Shown: positions 7,877 to 16,753 of the stretch, piece by piece
Numbering within the stretch: position 1 is the first letter of the stretch
Layout: the number at the start of each line of letters is the position of its first letter
Assembly: GCF_003231495.1 (NCBI RefSeq)
Contig: NZ_PQWO01000027.1
Coordinates: 1-32,000 of the forward strand
DNA: 32,000 nt
Direction of reading: 5' to 3'
Origin: Acaryochloris thomasi RCC1774
Lineage (GTDB): Bacteria; Cyanobacteriota; Cyanobacteriia; Thermosynechococcales; Thermosynechococcaceae
Translations under genes and position numbers: made by a program
Notes under the pieces: generated by a model
The model's database searches: none
The model's input: only the letters and a program-made list of their open reading frames with translations
Told to the model about the DNA's origin: nothing

Positions 7877-9475
7877 CTAAAGCGCCACTGGGTAGGTGTT
7901 GATTTCCCAGTAGTTGGTTGTTGCGGGACAACTGGGGCCGACATTGCCAATATCCCAGGCAATAAAGGCATCCTCGTTACTTTGCCATGTGACGGTAATC
8001 GTCCCACTACAACGACCTGCACTGCCATTGAGGTTAAAGCTTCCTTGGAGCGTATCGCCACCTTTGCATCCGCCTGTTTTCGGCCTCGGGAAAGAGAGCG
8101 CGCCTGTCAGCGGCGTGTTCTCATAGCCAAACACCGTTTGGGCTGTATTAATGACTTCATTTCCCAAGCAAATTTGCTTGAGGTTCACCAGTCGAGTGAG
8201 ATTACTTTCAGATCGCCACACCTGAGGCGGCTCGGTACGAGAGGCTTCAAGCTGCCGTTGTCTTTCAAGTTCTTCCTGTCTACGAGCTTCCGCTTGACGG
8301 CGCTCCTCTTCGAGATCCTGCTGAGGCTCCGTTTCCAGAAGTTCGTCCTGAGAATTTTGGGAGTCACGTGTTTCTGTCGCAACCGGCTCTAGAACGGCAG
8401 GTTCCTCTGCAGGAATATTTGAGATCTGCTTCTGGTGTGCAGCTTGCTGCTGGAGATAGAATGCGGTGGAAGCAATTGCAACCACGCCCCCCACCAATCC
8501 GCCCCATAGCATTTTTTGCGATCCCGAGGGCTTCTGCTGACCCAAAGTTTTACCCCCAGCTCCCTGAACACTCCCCACCCCCGTATCAACTTCGGTTGCG
8601 GGAACCTGAGGAACGCGGACCTGAACCACTTCAGTTTCGGGAAAATCTGGAGACGATTGCAAGGCCGTCTTCATCAGGGTCGCCGTCATAAACCGCTGAC
8701 TGGCGTGGGACTGAATCGCCCTATCAATAACACTCGCTAAAATCGGATTTGTTAGAACAAAACCTTGCTTCCAGATAATTTCACCCGTCATCGGATCTGT
8801 ATCTAGCTCCTGAGGTGCCTTGCCTCGCAGCGCGTGAACTGCAGTCAGTCCCAACGCATAAAGATCACTAGCGTAAACCGGACGCCCAGTAGCCTGCTCC
8901 GGAGGCATGTACCCAGGCGTACCAATCACAATCGAGCTTTTAGCATTTTCCGTACTGTTCATGACTGTGCCCATTGACTCTCTGACCGCACCAAAGTCGA
9001 TCAAAACCGGCATCTGATCCGTACGGCGAATAATGATGTTGTCAGGTTTAATATCTCGATGAATAATTCGCTTCTGCTGAATGTAGTCCAGAACGTCAAG
9101 CACCTTCAGCAGAATTGTCTCGACTCGCTCTTCCGAGAGGTATCCTTCAACTTTGACAAGCTCAGCTAGAGTATCGCCTTCAATAAATTCCTGAACAAGA
9201 TAAAACTGACCCTGATCTTCGAAATAGGCATACAGACATGGAATTTGAGGATGACCATTGCCCAACTCTTCTAGTAAAACGGCCTCTCGAAGGAAGCGCT
9301 CTTTGACTATCTGATAGACTGCTGGATTATCGTCGATGGGTTTAAGCTGCTTCACAACGCAGATGCGTTTTTGAGGCCAATGGATATCTTTTGCTAAGAA
9401 AACATCTCCAAACCCACCACTGCCTAAAGTTTTCAGGACTTCAAAGCGGCTTACTAATAGTTGGTTTTGTCTCAT
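7877..9475 (-). CDS. Hanks-type Ser/Thr protein kinase with TM helix and Cys-containing C-terminal ectodomain
   Basis: GSGGFGDV glycine loop, VVK lysine, HRDIKPDN, DFG and GTPGYMPPE. One TM segment (LWGGLVGGVVAIASTAFYL). E/R/Q-rich coiled region. The roughly 100-aa terminal domain has 4 Cys. Confidence 0.92.
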   Translation of the reverse strand: MRQNQLLVSRFEVLKTLGSGGFGDVFLAKDIHWPQKRICVVKQLKPIDDNPAVYQIVKERFLREAVLLEELGNGHPQIPCLYAYFEDQGQFYLVQEFIEGDTLAELVKVEGYLSEERVETILLKVLDVLDYIQQKRIIHRDIKPDNIIIRRTDQMPVLIDFGAVRESMGTVMNSTENAKSSIVIGTPGYMPPEQATGRPVYASDLYALGLTAVHALRGKAPQELDTDPMTGEIIWKQGFVLTNPILASVIDRAIQSHASQRFMTATLMKTALQSSPDFPETEVVQVRVPQVPATEVDTGVGSVQGAGGKTLGQQKPSGSQKMLWGGLVGGVVAIASTAFYLQQQAAHQKQISNIPAEEPAVLEPVATETRDSQNSQDELLETEPQQDLEEERRQAEARRQEELERQRQLEASRTEPPQVWRSESNLTRLVNLKQICLGNEVINTAQTVFGYENTPLTGALSFPRPKTGGCKGGDTLQGSFNLNGSAGRCSGTITVTWQSNEDAFIAWDIGNVGPSCPATTNYWEINTYPVAL

Positions 9476-9737
9476 AGTTTTGTCGCGTCAATGGTTTCAG
9501 ATGGTATTGATGTCTATTTCAGCCGGTAGACGGGCTTGATACTGGGTAGCCCGTTCATAGCTTAATCGCCGCTATAGCCGGTGTCTATGACTACACCACT
9601 GACCTCGGCGCTACGACATAGACTGTCTGCTGAGTTACGGCAGTTGCAATAGTCTTCGACCGGTCTTATGAGATCGCACCCACTGCTGAAGTTGCGATTG
9701 CTGTGATTTTTGCTGTTTTGGCGACGGAGGGTGTAAA

Positions 9738-9787
9738 AGCGCGGGGAGAGGTTCAAGCTCAGGATACCCTGAACCTCTCCCCGCGCT
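9738..9787. repeat. perfect 18-bp-stem hairpin in the kinase upstream region
   Basis: AGCGCGGGGAGAGGTTCA (9738-9755), 14-nt loop, TGAACCTCTCCCCGCGCT (9770-9787). The GGGGAGAGG/CCTCTCCCC core resembles small dispersed cyanobacterial hairpin repeats. Confidence 0.45.
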
Positions 9788-10177
9788 CCCTCACAAGCGA
9801 TCATTCAAGACCTCTCGAGCCAAGCCAGAATCAACGCTAACTGCACAGAGACTATTGAAGTTGTCGAAACAGCAGACGATTCCATCGATTAGCAGCTCCC
9901 GCCCTGAAACCTTTCCGTTACCTTTGTATCGCTACTCAAAGCTGATGAGATCGCTATCTAGTGACTGTTGCACTTCTTTTGGTATGGTCATCGTCTATCG
10001 CTGTTTAGAACGGTGTATCAATGAGCGTTTGGGTCGGTATCAGCGTTTTGTTTGACTATATTTAGACGATCGCAATGCTTTTGGCTTTGCGATCGGCCTC
10101 TAACCAAACGAATCAGTTTGAGTTGAGGTGCAGGCCTTCAGGTTTTACAGAAAACTAGAAACAGGACGCTAAAGTTA

Positions 10178-13100
10178 ATGAACGAAACTGCCCTGGGGCG
10201 ATTTTGGGAGCTGCTGGGCTGGGTGCTGGCATTCAATGTTGATGCTTTTAGACAGCTTGAAACGATGCCGAAAGGATCGATCATTGTGCTGATTGTGGTT
10301 CTTTCAGCAGGGCTTTCGCAGGCGATTGCACACAGCGTGATTCTGTTTGCCAACCGCGTCAAGCCAGTCCGCCTCTTTTTCAGCTTGCTCATCAGCGCCA
10401 TATTGTTTGTGTTCGGCTACCTGTTTCTCGTATGCAGCACCTGGCTAATTAGCTTTGCTCCATTCACCGTTAAAGCGACTTTCAGCGATCTGGCGCGCAC
10501 CTTGGGCTTTAGCTATGCGCCGCTTGTGTTTAGTGCGTTTGGGGCCATGCCCTATTTTGGTGAACCCATTCTGGCAGCCTTATCACTGTGGCAATTATTA
10601 GCAATGGTCGTAGGCTTCGCGGCGATTAGCGGTGCTAGCCTATGGCAGTCTTTCGGCACCGTAGCTTTGGGCTGGGTAACGCTTTGGGTGCTGCAGCGTA
10701 CACTAGGGCAACCGATTGTTCGCTTAGGTTATTGGATTGCTTCTAAAGCAGCAGGTGTCGAACTCATTACTGACACCCAAAAGCTCAAAGATTTCTTTCA
10801 AGAGTTTCAACTATTTTCAACAGCGAAACCCACGTCAGCAAAAGTGGTAAAGCTCAAACGAAAACCATCTTCTGACCGCTACAGCTTACGCAATATTATC
10901 AGCGTTTCGATTGGCCTTCTAGCTCTCGCTGTGAGTACCCTCACTGCAGCGATTCTCTTGTCTCCGATCCGGCATTGGTGGTTTGCTTGGCATAATAGCC
11001 TGACTAACATCTTTGGACTCGCGTTCGACTTAGGCTGGATTGCCGTGACTGCTGTTGTGACCACCGCACTCCTATCGCCTTTAGAAGCGCTGCGCTGGTG
11101 GGCAGGTTGGGGCGATGTGTCCGATGTCTCCGCCGATACGAAAGCGCTCTCAGGTGTTCTCTCAGAGACACAGTTCCTGACCTCTGCCCAGTCTGCCGAG
11201 ACTCATGCTGCCCAAACTCAAAGAACGGCTGCCCGCTATATCGTTTTTCTGGACGGCATCAACCAATCGGAGTTTGAACATACGCCCGATGTTGAAGACT
11301 TTTTCGATGCGCTGGAGTCTGTTTTGTCAGAGGATGTGGTTCTAATCAAGGGCATCATGTCCTATTCAGTGCGGAACCGTCCGCTCACCATAAATCGTCC
11401 CTTATCATTTGTTTGGCGCTGGATTAACGCGTTTAGAATCAACCATCCTTCAAGCCTGTTCAGTTACTTCGTCAATATTCGCAACGCCTGGATTGTCGCA
11501 GTTTCTGCCGACAAGCGTTATGGGCCAATCTACAATCGGGGAATCGCAAAAGTGGTTTGTCAGACCTTGCTACAGCGGGGCTACCGTCCCGATAGTGGCC
11601 TTCCCATTACCTTGATTGGCTTCAGCGGCGGTGGACAAATGGCGATCGCAACGGCTTCACTCCTGCAGGGTGTATTGAAAGCGCCCATTGACGTGATTTC
11701 GCTAGGCGGAGTGATGAGCGGCAACATCAATATTCTTGAACTCGAACACCTCTATCACCTATCGGGTGAGAAAGATGCAGTTGAGCGCATCGGGCCGGTC
11801 ATGTTTCCAAAACGCTGGGCTATCTATTCTCTGTCTTACTGGAATCGGGCGAAGCGATTAGGAAAAGTAAGTCTCATTTCACTTGGCCCCGTTGGACATC
11901 AGGTCCCTGGAGGCATTATGGACCCCGATCAGAAATTGCCGGATGGTCGCACCCATTTGCAGCAAACAGTTGATCTAGTGACGGCCATTTTGCTAGAAGA
12001 TTCTGAGAGTCAGCGTAAAGGCCACTCAATACCGGAGCCTAAGCTGAGCGACTATGAGCGATACCGGGCGATCGCAGCTAATCGAGCAGAATCTTATCCG
12101 ATTCACCAGTCACTGCCGTCGGAATATTACCGAGAGATCGCACCCTGGATGGGACGGTTAATCTTACCGGCTCCAGAACGGCGGCAGCCCCACGGCGTTC
12201 TGTTTGAAGTGCATCATGCGCCTGATCGGTTTCAGCATCTAGTCAGCAAAATCGTGACGCTACAGCTAGATGACGAACCCGAAACGCGCTCATATGTCCA
12301 CGCCGTGAACAAAGACATACACTTCAGCCCCCAAGCCGAAGCCAGCGTCAGGGACGGTAACATTCATCCGACTCGGCTTAACCACTGGCGCTTGGTTAAC
12401 CCTTTAGAATCGCTCGCAGGTGCTCATCCGGTCGACGATGTAACGGTGATGTTGCCACGGTCAGTGACAGTTCAGCAGCATGGTGCTGAGCGAGAAGGGA
12501 AAAGCGCCCTATCACCGATTCTCGTGATCCAGCGTGAGCCAGTACAAATCACCGGACGCTACTACGGGCTAGTGCAATTCATCGGGCCAGTCGCAAATCC
12601 ACCAGAGCCGGAAAATGATGGTTTCAGAGTGATTCATTTCAACCGAGCCACAGGGCAATTTGACGGTCTTAAAGAGACGGTAAAGGTTCCTCAGACCCCT
12701 GTGAACTACAACGATACGAAGCCTTCCACCCGTAGAGGTCTCGAGAATTCGCCTTTAAATGAATTAGGGTGGTACATCTATGGTGCGCAGGACGACTCAG
12801 GACTGTTTGTCGTTCAGGCAATAGCGCCGCGCAAGCTGCTACAGGCCAAACCGGATCGGGTCTTGACTGGCAAGAAAGCCGCTCGAGAGTACGTTAAGAA
12901 AAAGGCCTGGAGGCACATAGAAGATAACAAAGGAACCGCGCGTTCTGCTTTGCTAAAGCCAGCATTTTCAGTTCAGACCCAAGGAACAACCTGGGCTGAA
13001 GGCCAGCGGGCCTTATTGATTCATGTATACGGCGGTATCGGTGGCAACAAAACTGAACCTGCCGCCAAAACACCGCTTTATTTTGGGCATTTTGTCTACG

Positions 13101-13837
13101 GTACGGCTGAGGTCGTTCGCGAACCGTTAACTGGCGAGCTGAGATTTGAGATCGTTTATCACCAAATTTATACTCAAAATTCTGAGGGGTTAACTGCCGG
13201 TAGCCTGCACTGGTCTCGCTATATGGGCGATCGCGCCTTTGGCTTTTTGGGACTGCGCCCGGTGGCTGATACTTTAATCAAGCTAGACGAGTTTGTCAGC
13301 GACTATCGTGGCGAAGGATGGCAGCGATCGCCCTTAGATTGCGTGATGTATGAACTCGAAATTATGGCGGCTCGCTATCGGATTGGCGACGGCACTGGCG
13401 CGACCTTCGTCGGGCCAGCCAACAATTGCGCCCAAGATGCCAATCAAGCTTTATATGCTGCGCTGCGCTATATCTCTGAATCGATTCGTACCCATCCAAA
13501 TATCGAGCAGTGGAAGCAGCAGCAGCCCGACCAGGCTCGCAGGCTTGATCGGTTAGAGCAATTTACCGAAGACTTTAAGCAGATCCTGCTCCCGTGGGGA
13601 ACAGCCCGCGCCGACTGGGAAAAAAGCGCAAACGTATTGGGCAGCACGTTAGGAGATCATCCTGTCCAAAATCTAATTCGCGGCTTAGTTACCTGGCGAA
13701 CGCTGCTGCCGCGTTTGGCCAGCGATAAAGTAACCGAAGCCTTTCTAAAAAGGGGAGGAGAAGTGTGGATACTTCAAACCATTCAGGTTGGTGGCGTTAA
13801 TCCTGACATTGAACCCGTAGCTCCCATGACGCTGTAA
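10178..13837 (+). CDS. 1219-aa multidomain membrane protein: Yip1-like polytopic N-terminus, alpha/beta-hydrolase-like middle, unknown ~600-aa C-terminus
   Basis: Single uninterrupted ORF with an ATG start. About 5 hydrophobic helices in aa 30-190 and 2 more around aa 235-300. Nucleophile-elbow G-F-S-G-G lies at nt 11618-11632, preceded by YIVFLDGINQ. The C-terminal half has no motif I recognise. Confidence 0.75.
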   Translation: MNETALGRFWELLGWVLAFNVDAFRQLETMPKGSIIVLIVVLSAGLSQAIAHSVILFANRVKPVRLFFSLLISAILFVFGYLFLVCSTWLISFAPFTVKATFSDLARTLGFSYAPLVFSAFGAMPYFGEPILAALSLWQLLAMVVGFAAISGASLWQSFGTVALGWVTLWVLQRTLGQPIVRLGYWIASKAAGVELITDTQKLKDFFQEFQLFSTAKPTSAKVVKLKRKPSSDRYSLRNIISVSIGLLALAVSTLTAAILLSPIRHWWFAWHNSLTNIFGLAFDLGWIAVTAVVTTALLSPLEALRWWAGWGDVSDVSADTKALSGVLSETQFLTSAQSAETHAAQTQRTAARYIVFLDGINQSEFEHTPDVEDFFDALESVLSEDVVLIKGIMSYSVRNRPLTINRPLSFVWRWINAFRINHPSSLFSYFVNIRNAWIVAVSADKRYGPIYNRGIAKVVCQTLLQRGYRPDSGLPITLIGFSGGGQMAIATASLLQGVLKAPIDVISLGGVMSGNINILELEHLYHLSGEKDAVERIGPVMFPKRWAIYSLSYWNRAKRLGKVSLISLGPVGHQVPGGIMDPDQKLPDGRTHLQQTVDLVTAILLEDSESQRKGHSIPEPKLSDYERYRAIAANRAESYPIHQSLPSEYYREIAPWMGRLILPAPERRQPHGVLFEVHHAPDRFQHLVSKIVTLQLDDEPETRSYVHAVNKDIHFSPQAEASVRDGNIHPTRLNHWRLVNPLESLAGAHPVDDVTVMLPRSVTVQQHGAEREGKSALSPILVIQREPVQITGRYYGLVQFIGPVANPPEPENDGFRVIHFNRATGQFDGLKETVKVPQTPVNYNDTKPSTRRGLENSPLNELGWYIYGAQDDSGLFVVQAIAPRKLLQAKPDRVLTGKKAAREYVKKKAWRHIEDNKGTARSALLKPAFSVQTQGTTWAEGQRALLIHVYGGIGGNKTEPAAKTPLYFGHFVYGTAEVVREPLTGELRFEIVYHQIYTQNSEGLTAGSLHWSRYMGDRAFGFLGLRPVADTLIKLDEFVSDYRGEGWQRSPLDCVMYELEIMAARYRIGDGTGATFVGPANNCAQDANQALYAALRYISESIRTHPNIEQWKQQQPDQARRLDRLEQFTEDFKQILLPWGTARADWEKSANVLGSTLGDHPVQNLIRGLVTWRTLLPRLASDKVTEAFLKRGGEVWILQTIQVGGVNPDIEPVAPMTL

Positions 13838-14163
13838 CGAAACGAAGCTATAGATCAAGACCGTTCGTTGCTAGGTACCCGTCGCTCTTTTCGGCAAGAT
13901 GGCCGGTACGTTCTCTGGTCAACCAGACGCAACGGGAGGGGCGATAGCGATACACCGTATGCGAAGCAAGAACTTCAGAACACAATGGATTGCAAGGATA
14001 CTTTTGCGATGCGATCTCCTTCAGCAATATCTCTTGTCTAGACTAAGCGCCGGAAGAGAGCGCCCAACTGCCGCTCTGGCCACTAGATCAACTTCTTACA
14101 TCTAGATGTCTAATTCTAGAGGCTGATTCAAAATAGCGCCTTAGCCAAATCTGGCTGATACAG

Positions 14164-14907
14164 CTAGCGTTCTTGCGTCCAACGTTCTTTGTCCCATAAC
14201 TCGCTAAGCGTTACAACCTTATAACCTTGCTGATGGAGTTCAGAAAGGATTGATGGCAAGGCTTTAGCTGTTTGCTGACAGCGCTCAAGCGAACCACCAT
14301 GCAGGACTAAAATTGAACCTGGAAAGAAGTGCTGGCTAACGTACCAGGCTGTAAAAGCAGCATCGTGAGTGGGTTTGAAAGTATCTACCGGAAGCATTGA
14401 AGCGAGGGCAAACCGGGGCACATAGTCCGGCATCTGCTGTAGAGTGCTCAGCATCGCTTTTTTGTACAGTCCTCGCCCTGGGCGATACCATCGCAGTGGC
14501 GGATGAGGTGTCGCTGTAATTTGCTGAGTGATTCGTCGATGGGCTGCTTTGAACTGCGTATTGAACGATTCAGACTCCAGCATCGCAGCTGTCTCGTCTG
14601 CTGTTCCATGATTCCCAATCTCATGTCCCTGTCCAACGATGTCATTTAAAAGAGTGTCTCGGTTGCTTAAGTGACCGCTGATAATGAAAAAAGTTGCGTG
14701 CACATGATCGCTCGAATTTTTAATACTTTGATTGTGGGTTGCGATCGCATCCAAAATCATCCGAGATGAAGCATCATCAATCTCATTTGGCGTCGGCAGA
14801 TCATCAATGGTCAAAGCAATGACTTTCTCAGCCGTCCGCTTATAGAACACCCCCTCTGGAAAAAAGCGAGCAACCTGCACAACTAGCCGCTGTTGAGACG
14901 TTTCCAT
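14164..14907 (-). CDS. polysaccharide deacetylase (NodB homology domain) family protein
   Basis: NodB motifs in order: LTIDDLP (TFDD-like), GHEIGNHG (HxxxH), RWYRPGRG (RPP.G-like) and ILVLHGG (LxH). Confidence 0.85.
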   Translation of the reverse strand: METSQQRLVVQVARFFPEGVFYKRTAEKVIALTIDDLPTPNEIDDASSRMILDAIATHNQSIKNSSDHVHATFFIISGHLSNRDTLLNDIVGQGHEIGNHGTADETAAMLESESFNTQFKAAHRRITQQITATPHPPLRWYRPGRGLYKKAMLSTLQQMPDYVPRFALASMLPVDTFKPTHDAAFTAWYVSQHFFPGSILVLHGGSLERCQQTAKALPSILSELHQQGYKVVTLSELWDKERWTQER

Positions 14908-14955
14908 AAAGGGGCTACCGTTTTAATCAGAAGAAAAATATTTTACTACTACTAA

Positions 14956-15792
14956 GGGTTCTGTTGCGTTAACGTTCCAGGGCGCAAGAATGGGAGCCTA
15001 ACCCTGATTTTTAGACAGCAATCCCAAAGATCTCTGAAATGAAGTGATTCTGAGAAAGAAGACATTCTTTCTCAATACCGACAATCTGACCCTTGCGAAT
15101 CGCATTCATCGTCTCATATCCCCGAATCGTTAGCTTGGCACTCCAGAAGTTTTGAAATTCAAGCCCTGCCTTCACTTTGAGTTTTATAAATCTGTGATCT
15201 TGTTCCAATATATTATGGAGGTACTTCACGGGCAGATGTTCCGTTTCTTCGGGTAACTCACCTGACTCCTGAAGATCCTCAATTACACCTGGATAGACGG
15301 CGTATTTATCCGTATTGATGACTCTGGGCATCTGCTCTACATGTTCTCTCTGCAAGACCTTACTCAGAAACCGTTTGGCAGCTTTTGTGTCTCGCTTAGC
15401 TGTCAGCAAGAAGTCGAGCATGAAGCCCGACGAGTCGATGGCTCTCCAGAGATAATAGAACTGCTCTTGAATATCGATGTATGTCTCATCGATTCTCCAT
15501 GAGTCGTTGGTTGGCCGGAAGTGTGGACGGCAGCGCTCATCGAGTTCAGGTCCATATCGCTGAACCCACTGATAGATAGTGGTATGGTCTACTTCAACGC
15601 CACGCTCAGCTAGCATTTCAGCAACATCCCGACAACTCAGTCGATAGCAAAGATACCAGCGCACTGCCCACAGAATAATGCAGGGTGGGTACTGACGATG
15701 TTTGAACGGGCGGTCAACAAGCATAACTGAAAGCTAGCAGTGGCAAAGATCTCGACCTACCATCTCCAGATCCAATCCCTGCAGCAGAACCC
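14956..15792. mobile_element. IS6-family insertion sequence (837 bp)
   Basis: Terminal IRs GGGTTCTGTTGC (14956-14967) and the reverse complement of 15781-15792 (GGGTTCTGCTGC), similar to the IS26 end GGCACTGTTGC. One transposase ORF fills the element. The flanking 8-mers differ (ACTACTAA vs TGAGATTT). Confidence 0.85.
15011..15724 (-). CDS. IS6-family DDE transposase
   Basis: Collinear with IS26 Tnp as I recall it: IILWAVRWY..Y.LS.RD..EMLAERGV.VDHTTIY.WVQRY.PE, RIDETYI, YLWRAIDS.G...DF.L...R...AAKRFL, INTDK, and H....KYL.N..EQDHR.IK. Confidence 0.92.
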   Translation of the reverse strand: MLVDRPFKHRQYPPCIILWAVRWYLCYRLSCRDVAEMLAERGVEVDHTTIYQWVQRYGPELDERCRPHFRPTNDSWRIDETYIDIQEQFYYLWRAIDSSGFMLDFLLTAKRDTKAAKRFLSKVLQREHVEQMPRVINTDKYAVYPGVIEDLQESGELPEETEHLPVKYLHNILEQDHRFIKLKVKAGLEFQNFWSAKLTIRGYETMNAIRKGQIVGIEKECLLSQNHFISEIFGIAV

Positions 15793-15862
15793 TGAGATTT
15801 ACATGCCGAAGTTGTAGTAATACAGCAAATCCGTTAGAACGAGACTTGAGCGATGGCCTCAG

Positions 15863-16378
15863 CTACTGCCTTAGCTTTTTACGCAGCAGCAACATCAGTC
15901 CCAGAACCGCTGTTGAACCCAGAACGCCGTTGGGTTCAGGAACTTCTGAATAACGAACATCTCCAGTTCCGTCACCTACACTGAGTGTGCTGTAAGTGAA
16001 CTGTGATCCATCAATACTGGATGGACCTGGCGCAAAGGAAAGGAAGATTAGATCCGTTGGACTTGTTTGTTCTCCTACATAACTTAGCCCCAGAAATTTA
16101 TTGTCAGAAAAAACAACTTCTGGACCTGACACAGCATCTGCTTCTGTAAATACGGTGTTGAAAAACTCTAGGCTTAGGCTAGAGACGGGTGCAAACTCGT
16201 TACCCGTACCAGTTAGGCCAGAGTCATCAAACTCGAATGAACCTGATAGGTCTTCACCAGCTAAATTTCCTGTAAAATTGTCAACATCGAAGTTAAGGGA
16301 AACTGCGTGGGATGGCTGAATTACGATAGCTGTCATGCCTAGAGCTAGGCCAAAAGCTATGGGAAAAGTATAATTCAT
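15863..16378 (-). CDS. PEP-CTERM sorting-domain secreted protein
   Basis: N-terminal signal peptide. The C-terminal VPEP followed by a hydrophobic helix and an RKKLRQ basic tail is the canonical PEP-CTERM anchor. Confidence 0.85.
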   Translation of the reverse strand: MNYTFPIAFGLALGMTAIVIQPSHAVSLNFDVDNFTGNLAGEDLSGSFEFDDSGLTGTGNEFAPVSSLSLEFFNTVFTEADAVSGPEVVFSDNKFLGLSYVGEQTSPTDLIFLSFAPGPSSIDGSQFTYSTLSVGDGTGDVRYSEVPEPNGVLGSTAVLGLMLLLRKKLRQ

Positions 16379-16753
16379 TACAATTGAATTCCTAATATGA
16401 TGGGTTCATAGGGTTGCATATTCGCGTAACCTCGGCAGCAGTGATGTTGACTTCGGTATTCCTCAGCAAAGAAGTCCAGTAGGTGGCCATAAGGTCTGCT
16501 GGGCTAAACGTAAATTCTTCTAGCTATCTTATATTGATTTATTAATGCTGGGGAAATTACCATCGCATATCAAACTGCCAACACGCTTGTACTTGGGTAT
16601 TTTAGTAATTTACTATGGCAGGTAAATAATGACCAAAATTCAATACTTGTTAAGTTGCTTATCTCAGACCTTATAGCCGCCTACAGAGAGCATTGCGGAG
16701 AGCTACTTTCGCAGCTTGCCGATTCTGTGTGTTTGTATTCATTATGATTCACC

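Noticed and set aside
7862-8740. Antisense and alternative-frame ORFs across the kinase gene (7862-8392, 7914-8126, 8185-8382, 8368-8691, 8389-8589, 8516-8740)
   Set aside because: They are embedded in the kinase CDS, which has a complete Hanks motif set. They have no start context or motifs of their own.
9562-10055. ORFs 9562-9804 (-) and 9855-10055 (+) in the kinase upstream region
   Set aside because: The first spans the 18-bp hairpin repeat. The second uses a TTG start with no RBS. Both are low-complexity and lack motifs, so I treat the region as intergenic.
10067-10095. 9-bp-stem hairpin CGATCGCAA...TTGCGATCG upstream of the 1219-aa gene
   Set aside because: It is built from two HIP1-like half sites. 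Such short HIP1-derived hairpins are expected in HIP1-rich genomes and need no special explanation.
13899-14105. 68-aa + strand ORF between the convergent 1219-aa and deacetylase genes
   Set aside because: No RBS and an arginine-rich, odd composition. The region more likely holds terminators; a 12-bp palindrome ACATCTAGATGT lies at 14098-14109.
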